From assembly GCA_964523995.1 (NCBI GenBank), contig CAZGBW010000002.1:1-33510 (forward strand): 33,510 nucleotides of DNA, given 5' to 3'. A program made the position numbers and the translations under genes. This document shows positions 8,653-17,871 of the stretch, one piece after another; within the stretch, counting starts at the first letter, position 1, and every line of letters starts with the position of its first letter. The notes beneath the pieces were generated by a model. The model was given only the letters and a program-made list of their open reading frames with translations. It was not told where the DNA came from and did not search any database. The DNA comes from an uncultured Victivallales bacterium (lineage in GTDB: Bacteria; Verrucomicrobiota; Kiritimatiellia; UBA8416).

Positions 8653-9671
8653 TGCTCCCCGCCTCCAAACCAACGGCGCAGCACCCTCGCGGATTCCGCG
8701 CACAGTTCCTGATGCAGCGCCATCCCCTGCGGCGGCTCTTCCAGCGTTCTGGCGACAGCGGCAGCGTCCAGGGGGCGATTGCTGTCCAGTGGCAGCAGAA
8801 ACGGACGGACCGCCGCCGGACTTCGGCGCACCAGGTCCGGGTGCGCCAGCACGTGCGCGCCTGCCGCCAGCGCATCCGCAGCCGTTGTCTTGACCCCGTA
8901 TCCAAGCGGCGAAAGCAATGCCACCGCGCGGCAGGTACCCATGAAATCCGCCGGATTCCCGATGAATCCGGAATATGTGACCGCCGCGCAGGAAGGCAGT
9001 GTCCACGTTTCGAGACTTCCGGTGACCACGAACGCGTCCCGACTGCCAGACCGCTTCATCGCGGTCGCGAAGTCCTGGAACCGGATCACCAGATCCCGGC
9101 TCTTGCGATTCTCATGCGACGTCGGCATGCAGGCGATGATCCGACGCTGGCCGTAAGGAAGTGGATGCGGGGGGAGCAGATGCTCCGGGCACCGGTATGG
9201 AAGCCATTCCACACTTGCCTTGCCGGGAAGCCAGTTCCAGTACTTCCGGTTTTCCCACTCGTTGATCGAGAGGATGACATCCGCCGTCCGCTTGACCCTG
9301 ATATCCTGGCTCAGCAGCCGTCCCATGCCGAACAGCATCCAGAGCGGACCGCGCTCCGGAAACCATCCGTGGTTGCCCAGGAATTGCAGCGGCTCCAGAT
9401 TAATCGCCCGCACCGCCACACAGGCCTGGGGAGCCAGCCGCTTGAGATGCCCGACGATACGCGGATAATAGGAATATTCAACCAGCGCGCCCTCGAGACG
9501 GACCCCGCCCGTCAGGGCGGAGTCCACCACGACGGGATCATCGCCGCTGACCGGTATCTGGCGATACGCCGGAAATCGGGTTTCCAGCCAGCGGACCCTG
9601 GAAATAACGTCCTTGTAGGTGCCGTGGTGCAGATTGGCCAGATCGCGGGCCGGGATGAAATGAAGAAACAT
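8649..9671 (-). CDS. Hypothetical protein (possibly a GT-B-like glycosyltransferase); function not recognised
   Basis: 340 aa counted from ATG 9671, which is in a TGATG overlap with the upstream stop. It is co-directional and translationally coupled on both sides. I found no motif I can name. Confidence 0.55.
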   Translation of the reverse strand: MFLHFIPARDLANLHHGTYKDVISRVRWLETRFPAYRQIPVSGDDPVVVDSALTGGVRLEGALVEYSYYPRIVGHLKRLAPQACVAVRAINLEPLQFLGNHGWFPERGPLWMLFGMGRLLSQDIRVKRTADVILSINEWENRKYWNWLPGKASVEWLPYRCPEHLLPPHPLPYGQRRIIACMPTSHENRKSRDLVIRFQDFATAMKRSGSRDAFVVTGSLETWTLPSCAAVTYSGFIGNPADFMGTCRAVALLSPLGYGVKTTAADALAAGAHVLAHPDLVRRSPAAVRPFLLPLDSNRPLDAAAVARTLEEPPQGMALHQELCAESARVLRRWFGGGEQ

Positions 9672-10693
9672 CAGCACCCTCCCTTGTAGTCGACGGCAAG
9701 CCGTTCGATGCGCTGTTCCGCCGGGATGGAACGGATCTGCTGCATCAGCTCCAGATTGCGATGCCCGCTTCTTTTTTGTCCGGCGGGAGCATGCCACAAA
9801 TGAAGGCCCGGCATCCAGGCACCGTCATACAAACGACACGTTTTCAAGCGGTCCAGGAATTCCAGATCCTCACCACCCCAATCCTGGAAGCGCTCATCCA
9901 TTCCACCGAGGCGCTTGAACACATCGCGCCGCACCCCCACCGATCCCCCTGGGAAGTTCTGCATCACGTCGCGGATGCTCCCGATCCCCGACAGGTCAAG
10001 GGTTTCCTGCACACGGCGGGAGGTATCTTTGTCGAGACAGAACAGGAAACGCAACGGTCTCACTCCATCCACGCCGGCATCCAGACATCGGACAATCTCC
10101 TCCAGGTACCGGGAAGGTACCACCACATCCGCATCATGCAACAGCAGATGGCGGCCCCGCGCCACCGCCGCCCCGGCGTTCAGCATCCGGCTCTTGCAAT
10201 AGGCCGCCCCGACAGGACGGTGCAGGAAAAGATACCTGACCTTTGCGCCCAGCTCCACCGGGAACAGACTGCGCTCCCCCTCCTCCACGACAACCGCCTC
10301 GAACGTCACCCCCGCCTGGCCGGCCAATGCGGCCAGAACAGTCCGACACGGCGCCATACGCTCTTCACCGCCTACAGGAATCACCACGGAAATTTCCGGA
10401 TTCCGTTCAGGATCATATAACGACCGGTCACTGAACCCAAGCGGCCATTGCTTCAAGCAATGTTGCAGCAAGCGTCCGCCGACGACGGGGAATGTGCGTG
10501 CAACGGTCAACCAGGAGGACTCCTCCCATGGGCAGACGCGCCCCTGACCGTCACCGCGCACCATGTGCTCCTGGCGATTGCACACGTCAGGCCACGCCAG
10601 TTGAAAATGGCGGGCCAGATGCGGCAGGCGTAAAACGAGTTCAAGCCTCCAGCGCTCATGGAACCAGCACCCGAGTTGCTGTTTAAGTGACAT
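9671..10693 (-). CDS. GT2-family glycosyltransferase (galactosyltransferase-like C-terminus)
   Basis: 340 aa counted from ATG 10693 (TGATG overlap). Motifs are ISVVIPVGGEE, the DxD-like LLLHDADVVVP, and WGGEDLEFLDR, which is typical of GT2 / GT7-C-like transferases. Confidence 0.75.
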   Translation of the reverse strand: MSLKQQLGCWFHERWRLELVLRLPHLARHFQLAWPDVCNRQEHMVRGDGQGRVCPWEESSWLTVARTFPVVGGRLLQHCLKQWPLGFSDRSLYDPERNPEISVVIPVGGEERMAPCRTVLAALAGQAGVTFEAVVVEEGERSLFPVELGAKVRYLFLHRPVGAAYCKSRMLNAGAAVARGRHLLLHDADVVVPSRYLEEIVRCLDAGVDGVRPLRFLFCLDKDTSRRVQETLDLSGIGSIRDVMQNFPGGSVGVRRDVFKRLGGMDERFQDWGGEDLEFLDRLKTCRLYDGAWMPGLHLWHAPAGQKRSGHRNLELMQQIRSIPAEQRIERLAVDYKGGC

Positions 10694-11787
10694 CACCGAC
10701 GCCCCTCCATCCATCCCACCCGTCGTATCAAACGACGCCAAAGCGGTGCCTTCCAGACCAGCGTGGTTCGATTCCGCCCGGGCGTTGTGGAAAACATCCG
10801 GGCGAGCATACTGAACGAGGAATTGCCCATCGTGACCAGATAATCCGCCGACGCCAGCAGCAGGATATCCAGCAGCGCATCCCGCGCGGATTGCAACCGG
10901 TCGGGGCAGTCGTTCCCAAGTTGCAGCGCCACACCGGGATCGGGAAGCCATTTCCCGGTCCACACGACGCACTCACGCCCGAACTCGCGGCGGAACAGAT
11001 CTTGTACCTCGCGGTTGTCCGTAGCCAGGAACACCCCGAAGGCCCCTGTTCTGCGCCTCATTTCCTGGACAGCGCGGACGTAATCAGACACCAGCGGCGC
11101 GTTCCGCATCCTGAAGTTGTCCTCTGCGGCGCGCACATGGACACCGATAAACGGTTTTAACGAATTCAAACGCTCCAGATACGGCTGCATCACCTTTTCA
11201 ACAGTCTCAGACGGACGGACATGCCGGCGCAGGATCTCTCCCTGGATCCGTTCAGGAGGCTCGCCAGCTTGAAGGGAAGGATACATTCCGGGCAGAAGGG
11301 GGATCATCTTGCCGAACTGATCGAAATCCCACATCACGCAAATGTTTTCCGGCCAATCCAGCACGCCTTGGTCAAACGAAAATGTTTCCATCGCCCAGGA
11401 GCGGTTCCACGGCGGAATACCGAATTCGGCGTAGAGCTGATCCCAGTTCAGATGCAGTCTGTCCTGCCATGCCGATGGTCGAACCGATCCATGGAGCGGG
11501 CGCTCGTCCACCGTCTCCACCCCCTCCAGGCGGAACAAATCCGGAAAACAGTTATGTTTCCCGTCACCGTACGCCGGATCATTCCAGTCCACATACAGTT
11601 TCCGTCCCGAAAGCCGCGCGTAGACAACCGCCGATATGACCGCCCGCAGTTTATCCCCGAGCCCGGCCGAGCCCGATCCTTTGACAACCAGATAGCGCCC
11701 GGTTTTCCCGCCTGAAGACTGACAGTCCGTTGCCCTCTGCCCGACTCCTTGTGCGGCGCACCCATTTTGCATGGTTTTCAGATGCAT
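10693..11787 (-). CDS. NodZ-like (GT23-type) putative fucosyltransferase
   Basis: The N-terminal segment GSGSAGLGDKLRAVISAVVYARLSGRKLYVDWN resembles the NodZ G-F-G-D...G-R-x-L-x-x-D-W region. Later segments are IGVHVR and LLDILLLASADYLV...NSSFS. The start could be ATG 11787 or ATG 11772. Confidence 0.55.
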   Translation of the reverse strand: MHLKTMQNGCAAQGVGQRATDCQSSGGKTGRYLVVKGSGSAGLGDKLRAVISAVVYARLSGRKLYVDWNDPAYGDGKHNCFPDLFRLEGVETVDERPLHGSVRPSAWQDRLHLNWDQLYAEFGIPPWNRSWAMETFSFDQGVLDWPENICVMWDFDQFGKMIPLLPGMYPSLQAGEPPERIQGEILRRHVRPSETVEKVMQPYLERLNSLKPFIGVHVRAAEDNFRMRNAPLVSDYVRAVQEMRRRTGAFGVFLATDNREVQDLFRREFGRECVVWTGKWLPDPGVALQLGNDCPDRLQSARDALLDILLLASADYLVTMGNSSFSMLARMFSTTPGRNRTTLVWKAPLWRRLIRRVGWMEGRR

Positions 11788-13013
11788 AGCTGCTCCAGGA
11801 AAAAGGAACGTACCGCATCGCCAGAAAACCGTCGCATGAATGCGGGCAGGCGTTCCACATCGGAAAACCGATCCCCGGTCCGGCACGCGACCCAGCGGTC
11901 ACGTAATGACGACGGATCCCCGTAAGCATACGCTGCCCCCAGCCCGAACGTGCGAGTCCGCCAACCGATCAACCCCGTATCGGGCGTCAGCAAAGGTCTG
12001 CCCGCCTCCAGCGCCTGTAGCGCCGTGCCGCTTGAAAGCGTCAGCCGGTGTGTGGATACAAAACGTCCGATGCCGCCGAAAAGCAGATCCACCAGATCCT
12101 GGCTTTCAACAAAGGCATGGGTCTCGAACAGCCGCCCCTGCCGCAGCAGATCCTGTCGAACCGCTGCCACGTCGCCGTCATATTCCTTCCCCGGCTCCCG
12201 GCGGTCCGGCGCACCAGCATGCAAGGCAAAGGCGCCTGCGTCCTGCTGCGCCAGTTGGAGAAACCGATCATAACCTTTATACCAGGCACCGGTTCCGAAA
12301 TAGAGCAGGACGTTGGCGCCCCCGCCTGCCCGCGCCATGTACTCACCGACCGGACCCGCGAATCGCTCATAGTCCGGGCCCCGGCGTTCTTCGGGCAGCA
12401 GGTCGAATACCCGGTAGATCTCCGGCATCCAGAAGACCGGCGGACCGAAATGTGCGGCGATTCGTTCGTCCTTCACAATCACGGCATCCACGGCTCGGGA
12501 CCGCAACAACACCGTTTCGTAGAAATAGCGGGCCGTCTCTGTCCGGTGAAAAAGAGCCCGCCCCGCCCGGCCCAGAGTCTGCCGCACGGTCGGACCGAAC
12601 AGCGGTTTGCGCCTGCCGGTATAGATATCCTCTCCGGGATGCCACTCGCACGCCCCCGAAAAGACGGCGCAGACCCGTCCCCGTAAACGTGGCGCACTCC
12701 CGGCAGCGATCCGGCGGAATTGGCCTGCAAATCCGTCCGCATGGGTGAACAGCGTTGCGTCAACCCGGTACTGTTTCTGAATTTCAACCAGCGCTTCCAC
12801 AGTGCAAACCGAACGCTCCCGCAAATCAAGTCCCTGAAAAGCCGATTCATCCGCGAACGGCTTTAAAGCCGTCCAACGCGAAAGCCAGTCGCTCCTTGCC
12901 GAAGGAGAAGCCAGGATCACCTCGTGGCCGGCGTCCAGCAACACGCGCCCGATCACCCGACCATAAACCTGATGGTGACCGGACAGTTCAGGCGTATAGA
13001 GCAGCACCCTCAT
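11778..13013 (-). CDS. GT-B-fold glycosyltransferase-like protein
   Basis: 411 aa counted from ATG 13013 (ATGA overlap). The N-terminus MRVLLYTPELSGHHQVYGRVIGRVLLDAGHEVILAS is typical of GT-B enzymes. I did not see a canonical E-x7-E motif. Confidence 0.5.
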   Translation of the reverse strand: MRVLLYTPELSGHHQVYGRVIGRVLLDAGHEVILASPSARSDWLSRWTALKPFADESAFQGLDLRERSVCTVEALVEIQKQYRVDATLFTHADGFAGQFRRIAAGSAPRLRGRVCAVFSGACEWHPGEDIYTGRRKPLFGPTVRQTLGRAGRALFHRTETARYFYETVLLRSRAVDAVIVKDERIAAHFGPPVFWMPEIYRVFDLLPEERRGPDYERFAGPVGEYMARAGGGANVLLYFGTGAWYKGYDRFLQLAQQDAGAFALHAGAPDRREPGKEYDGDVAAVRQDLLRQGRLFETHAFVESQDLVDLLFGGIGRFVSTHRLTLSSGTALQALEAGRPLLTPDTGLIGWRTRTFGLGAAYAYGDPSSLRDRWVACRTGDRFSDVERLPAFMRRFSGDAVRSFFLEQLCI

Positions 13014-13822
13014 GGTGTCGCGGACTCCCGTTTCCGATGGCGATACATCTCCACCATGGCGGCAAGCCCCTGGCACAAATCGAAGGCCGGTACCCATCCG
13101 GGAATCTTGCCGACCATCGGCGTTACCGGCGTCGCGCCTTGCTTCGTTCCGGGAATCACGTCGGCCCCCGTCAGCGCGGCAATCGCCTTGGCCATATCGA
13201 GCACGCGAACCCACTCGAACGAGGTCACGTCATAGACCCCCTGGAAGCGACCGGCCAGCGCCGTATGAAACGCCCGGCACACATCGTCCACATGGATGAA
13301 CTGACGGACCTCCTCACCGGTGGTGATCATCTCGATTCGTCCGTTATCAAGCGCCTGATGCACAAAGTCAGCCACCACATGACTGCGCTCCGTGCGCTCT
13401 TCATAACTGCCGTAGACGTTCCACAACCGGACCCGGACCCCCTGCAGCAAGTGCGTCCACACTTCCCCCAGCCGCTTGGTCACGCCATAGACCGTATCGT
13501 ATTCTTCCGCAAGCTGTGAAGAGACAAACAAGAAGGGCAGCGAAACCTCTCTCAACTGGGGCATCAGGTTCAACAACAACTGCAGGTTCCAGTCCAGTTG
13601 CAGGAACTGGACATCGTCCCGATATAGATATTTGGCACCGCCCACCTCCCAGGCCAGGAAGTAAACCCGGTCGATCCCCGCCAGGGGGAGGCGAACACGC
13701 CGTCCGTCCTCATGATCACCGCGTTTGACATCAAAACGCACCACCTCCTCGCCCTGACGCCGCAGATAATCGCACAGCGGCCGACCGACAAACCCTTCCG
13801 AACCAATCACCAGGTTTTTCAT
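13010..13822 (-). CDS. NAD-dependent epimerase/dehydratase (extended SDR)
   Basis: 270 aa. It has the Rossmann motif MKNLVIGSEGFVGRPL (GxxGxxG) and a YGVTK (YxxxK) catalytic motif. There are ATGA overlaps at both ends. Confidence 0.8.
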   Translation of the reverse strand: MKNLVIGSEGFVGRPLCDYLRRQGEEVVRFDVKRGDHEDGRRVRLPLAGIDRVYFLAWEVGGAKYLYRDDVQFLQLDWNLQLLLNLMPQLREVSLPFLFVSSQLAEEYDTVYGVTKRLGEVWTHLLQGVRVRLWNVYGSYEERTERSHVVADFVHQALDNGRIEMITTGEEVRQFIHVDDVCRAFHTALAGRFQGVYDVTSFEWVRVLDMAKAIAALTGADVIPGTKQGATPVTPMVGKIPGWVPAFDLCQGLAAMVEMYRHRKRESATP

Positions 13823-15825
13823 GTTTTCCTCCCCGCGACAAGACGGTGCGGCCGTCCCGCGCCACGCACCCTCAACCCCTCTTCATCATCGGCGGCCAGC
13901 GTGCCCAGGGCAGCGCATGGTCTCGCCCCCATCAGATACCAATCCGACGGCAGATGCACGATATTCCTATGTTCAGCCCGGATTCCCGGCATGCGCCTGG
14001 ACCACGCTTCAAAATACTCGATATTGTCCACTTCGCCGAAGCGCTCCTGATACGCAATCAGGTAGGCCTGGAAATCCGACACCACAGAAAGGATCTCCTC
14101 GCGCAAAGCGACCGGAACCTCACTGATGGACCATGTGGCAACGAACATTTTTCTTGCGCCGGACGGCAACGCCTGAACGGCCTGCTGCAACCGCTCCCGA
14201 TCGGAAAGGCAGACGATACCGTCCGTATCCCTCACGTCCGCATCCGCATCCCGGACCGGGAATCCCGCTGTTTTCAAGTAATACCGCTGCAGGAGCGAAA
14301 AAGGAGCCAGGTCGAAAACGATGTACCGTCCGCGAAACCCCAGATTATGAAAAAGCCTGCAAAGACTCCCATACCCGCCGCCGAATTCGACCACGGCGTC
14401 CATCTCATGCACGGACATCCCGGTCTGCTCCTCGAATACGGCACAATGATAAGCATGGTGAATGAGATTGCCGCTGCTGGATGGATAAAACGAGCAGACC
14501 GAGGGCCGGCCAACGGGGATCTCCCGGATCGCCGCACGCCATCGTGAACCCCAGTCAGGCCGTGATTTCAAATACGCCAGTTCGCCGCGCAGGTACTCCG
14601 CCGAGGCGATGAACATCGAGTTGTAGATGACACTCCATCGCAGGAATTCCCTCGGGTTCCCGCGCAAGACCCGATCCCTGAGCTTATTCATATTGCTGCG
14701 CCAAGCCACTTCGGTCGGCAGACCGTGTTCACAATCCATCTCCGGCAGCGCTGAGAACGCGCCAACCAATTCCGACAACGCCGTTTTCTCATGATCTTCC
14801 GGAGGCCTGAGCGGTCGATCATATACCGCATTAAACAGTTTTCTTGCGGCCCGTCTCACGATGCTGGCGGCTTGCGGATCCGCCCATGCGCGGGCCAGGA
14901 CGATCCGGCCGGCCAGCCATGCGGTCCCCGGTTGCGCCAGAAACCTTACGCCGGATACCGTCACCAGGCAGCGAAGATAGAGATAGGCCTCCCGGTGTCG
15001 TTTCTGGAGATGCGCCGACCCGGCAATCTTGATGAAATAGCTCTTTACACCCTGCCTCAGGATTTCACAGCTCCCGGCAGGCAATGACCGTTGCCGGCCC
15101 CAGCGCCACGCCTCCGCCATCGCCTGGAGCAAACAAGCCCGGCTCTCCGGACCCACACACAACGTTGATCCCGATCGTCGCCGATAGACCGCCACGGGGG
15201 CGCTGTTCGGCGAAGCGCTCAACCTTCCCGCGGCCGCCAGTTTGAATCCGAGCAGACAATCCTCCGACATGCGCAGATGCTCGGCAAATCCGCCAACCTG
15301 AAGCACGGATGAACGGCGAACCGTCAAGGCATTGACATGCCAGAACTTCTCCTGGACCAGACAGCGCAGCACCTGATCCCCGGAAACCCCCTTCGGCAAG
15401 GCGATGCGTGCCGATCCCTCCCGGTAGGGAGATGACGCCGTCTCCTGGAAATCCATGCGGGTGGCTCCCGCGACCCCGTCCCATGACGCATCCGCGCTTA
15501 TCATTCTCAAGTCGTCATTGAAGCGGTCCGGCAAGTAGTAGTCATCCCCGTCCAGAAAAGCGATCCATTCGCCGACGGCGGCCTGCACGCCAAGATTGCG
15601 CGACGCGCCGGGGCCACGATTCTCGCCGTCGGGATGCTTGAGCAAGCGAAACGGTCCATGCCAGGCCGCTCCCATCCGTTCCGCAATCTCCAGGGACCCA
15701 TCGCTGGAACCGTCATCCACGACGATGACTTCGGTTCCCGCGGGTGCCGCTTCAAACACGGACCGCAAGGCTTGCTCGATATAAGGGGCATCATTATAAA
15801 CGGGGACAATGATTGATAGTTTCAC
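13819..15825 (-). CDS. Bifunctional GT2 glycosyltransferase / putative sugar O-methyltransferase
   Basis: 668 aa with a GTG start at 15825. GT2 motifs are LSIIVPVYNDAPYI, VVDDGSSDGS and FLDGDDYY. The C-terminal half (FLRWSVIYNSMF...NLIHHAYH...VEFGGGYGSLCRLF...IVFDLAPFSLLQRYYL) resembles the 'putative sugar O-methyltransferase' family as I recall it. Confidence 0.7.
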   Translation of the reverse strand: MKLSIIVPVYNDAPYIEQALRSVFEAAPAGTEVIVVDDGSSDGSLEIAERMGAAWHGPFRLLKHPDGENRGPGASRNLGVQAAVGEWIAFLDGDDYYLPDRFNDDLRMISADASWDGVAGATRMDFQETASSPYREGSARIALPKGVSGDQVLRCLVQEKFWHVNALTVRRSSVLQVGGFAEHLRMSEDCLLGFKLAAAGRLSASPNSAPVAVYRRRSGSTLCVGPESRACLLQAMAEAWRWGRQRSLPAGSCEILRQGVKSYFIKIAGSAHLQKRHREAYLYLRCLVTVSGVRFLAQPGTAWLAGRIVLARAWADPQAASIVRRAARKLFNAVYDRPLRPPEDHEKTALSELVGAFSALPEMDCEHGLPTEVAWRSNMNKLRDRVLRGNPREFLRWSVIYNSMFIASAEYLRGELAYLKSRPDWGSRWRAAIREIPVGRPSVCSFYPSSSGNLIHHAYHCAVFEEQTGMSVHEMDAVVEFGGGYGSLCRLFHNLGFRGRYIVFDLAPFSLLQRYYLKTAGFPVRDADADVRDTDGIVCLSDRERLQQAVQALPSGARKMFVATWSISEVPVALREEILSVVSDFQAYLIAYQERFGEVDNIEYFEAWSRRMPGIRAEHRNIVHLPSDWYLMGARPCAALGTLAADDEEGLRVRGAGRPHRLVAGRKT

Positions 15826-15852
15826 GGAGACTCTCTTGCCTGCGCCGCACGG

Positions 15853-16572
15853 TTATAGGGCCTTCCTCAGTTCCTGTAAAAACTCGTTTTCGCAAAAAAA
15901 CAACGTGTTGAGCGTCTTGGCGATCAACCCATAACCCTGGGTCTCCAGATAATGCGAAAGGTCACTGGACACGGCCTCAGCGGCGGTGGTGACGTGCTTT
16001 TCGACAACCAGGATCCTAGGGCGATACATCTGCCAGTTGTTGGAAATCAGCACGTTCATCTCAAATCCCTCGACATCGATGGACATGACATCCAAAGGGC
16101 GTGGATCCGGCAACGCTTCCGCAAGAAGATCGGCCAGCGGACGGACATGCACCGTGCGTTCCGAAACCGGACGAATGCCGTGTTCACTGAACGCATCGAC
16201 CGTTCGCGGATCGAACGTATTGAGCGCCGGATGATCGAAACAATAATAGGTCAAGTCGCCTTCCCGATCCGATACGCCACACTCAATATTGATATCCAGC
16301 GGTCTCATCTGCCTGAACAACTCCATGCTGCCGGGCATCGCATCCATGTTAATGCCTCGCCAGCCCCTGAGATACAACAACAGCGTATTGGAAAACAGCA
16401 CGGGGTGATGGGCACCCACGTCGACATAAAACCCGGTTTGCTGATCCTGGAAAATACGCTTCAGCAAGAGATCCTCCCCCTCCTGGGAAAAAGCGCGGAC
16501 CCCCTTCCCTGCCAGGGGGTCGGCGATGCCGCCCCGCCCCCGTAAACGCCGCCATAGACCTCCTGGTTTCAT
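15853..16572 (-). CDS. FkbM-family methyltransferase
   Basis: 239 aa counted from ATG 16572 (ATGA overlap with the wzt stop). Motifs are FYVDVGAHHPVLFSNT..., INIECGVSDREG and VMSIDVEGFEMNVL. Confidence 0.8.
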   Translation of the reverse strand: MKPGGLWRRLRGRGGIADPLAGKGVRAFSQEGEDLLLKRIFQDQQTGFYVDVGAHHPVLFSNTLLLYLRGWRGINMDAMPGSMELFRQMRPLDINIECGVSDREGDLTYYCFDHPALNTFDPRTVDAFSEHGIRPVSERTVHVRPLADLLAEALPDPRPLDVMSIDVEGFEMNVLISNNWQMYRPRILVVEKHVTTAAEAVSSDLSHYLETQGYGLIAKTLNTLFFCENEFLQELRKAL

Positions 16573-17861
16573 CGCATCCCCCATTCACCCTTGAGAAGAA
16601 AAAGACTCCGGCCACGGAACCCCGTCTGTCCCGTGCCGTAAAAATCCCCGGTTTCGACCCGGAGCATCCCCAGGGGAGTCTTCGGGCAATCGGCCACCTG
16701 TCCGCCGTCTGCCAGCAGCCGCCCCCGCACAAAGTAGGTCCCCGGCGCCAGAAAGACGCGGGGCCACGAGAACACCACGTCCCGCGTCTCGCCAGCCTTC
16801 ATCGAGAAGGTCTGCTCCTGATACCCCGAATACAAGACCGACAGCAACCCGTCGTGTTCGTCATGAATCGAAAAACCGAGATCCACCCCTTTGCATGCTT
16901 CCTTCGCGTGCAGTGCAAAGACAAGATCCACTGGAGAACCGGAGACGGCCGGAGTGCTCCGCCCCTCTCTCTGAATCGAAAACCCGTGAAAACTCACCCT
17001 TTGGTCCCCATCACGATTCCGGAGTTCCGCCAGCGAAAGCACCTGCACCTCTTCACGAACCGCCGCCGTGTAGCGGGCAATCATGTCGTCGGTCTGTCCG
17101 CTTTCCTTGATCTCTCCGCCAGCCAGCAGAATCGCCCGGTCGCACAGCATCGCAACCGCCCCCATATTATGGCTGACAAAAAGAACCGTCCGTCCGCGCG
17201 AGGCCACATCCTTCATTTTCCCGATACACTTCTTCTGGAACTCGGCATCGCCGACCGCCAGCACCTCGTCGATAATCAGGATTTCAGGTTCAAGATGGGC
17301 AGCCACCGCAAAACCCAATCGCACGACCATTCCGCTCGAATAGCGCTTGACCGGCGTGTCCACGTAACGCTCGCAACCGGAAAACGCGATGATCTCGTCC
17401 AGCTTGGAGGTGATCTCGCGCCGCGTCATCCCCAGGATGGCCCCGTTCAGGTAGATATTCTCACGGCCGGTCAAGTCCTGATGGAAACCGGTTCCGACCT
17501 CCAGCAGGGCGGCAATCCGTCCGTCGATCCGGATTTCCCCCGCCGTGGGGGCCGTGATGCGGCTGAGGATTTTCAGCAGTGTGCTTTTGCCCGCGCCATT
17601 GCGCCCGATGATCCCCAGCACTTCACCGCGTTTCACCTCGAAATTGACATCCTTCAATGCCCAGACATAGCCGGAGGACGGACGCCTGCCCTCCGACCTT
17701 GAATCCCGGATATTGGCCTGCGTGACGTTCAGGTAGGGATCGGGGTTGCCGCGGACGCGATGCCACCAGCGGTTCAGATCGTGTCCCAGCGACCGGGTGG
17801 ACACTTCGCCCAGGCGGTACTGCTTGGACAACCCCTCGACTTGTATGACTACGTCTGACAT
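16569..17861 (-). CDS. wzt: Polysaccharide ABC exporter ATP-binding protein with a C-terminal extension (Wzt/TagH type)
   Basis: I chose ATG 17861; the track start at 17873 is a TTG lying inside the repeat element. Walker A is GRNGAGKST, the signature is YSSGMVVRL and Walker B is ILIIDEVLAVGD. About 170 further C-terminal residues occupy the position of Wzt carbohydrate-binding domains. Confidence 0.85.
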   Translation of the reverse strand: MSDVVIQVEGLSKQYRLGEVSTRSLGHDLNRWWHRVRGNPDPYLNVTQANIRDSRSEGRRPSSGYVWALKDVNFEVKRGEVLGIIGRNGAGKSTLLKILSRITAPTAGEIRIDGRIAALLEVGTGFHQDLTGRENIYLNGAILGMTRREITSKLDEIIAFSGCERYVDTPVKRYSSGMVVRLGFAVAAHLEPEILIIDEVLAVGDAEFQKKCIGKMKDVASRGRTVLFVSHNMGAVAMLCDRAILLAGGEIKESGQTDDMIARYTAAVREEVQVLSLAELRNRDGDQRVSFHGFSIQREGRSTPAVSGSPVDLVFALHAKEACKGVDLGFSIHDEHDGLLSVLYSGYQEQTFSMKAGETRDVVFSWPRVFLAPGTYFVRGRLLADGGQVADCPKTPLGMLRVETGDFYGTGQTGFRGRSLFLLKGEWGMR

Positions 17862-17871
17862 ACGATTTATC

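Noticed and set aside
8653-9006. 118-aa N-terminal extension of the GT2-pyruvyl transferase ORF. Analogous extensions are at 6539-6673, 9672-9797, 10694-10972 and 13014-13214.
   Set aside because: The extensions are Gly/Ala/Arg-rich, overlap the 3' ends of the upstream genes, and precede an ATG that forms an ATGA or TGATG coupling junction right before the conserved N-terminal motif.
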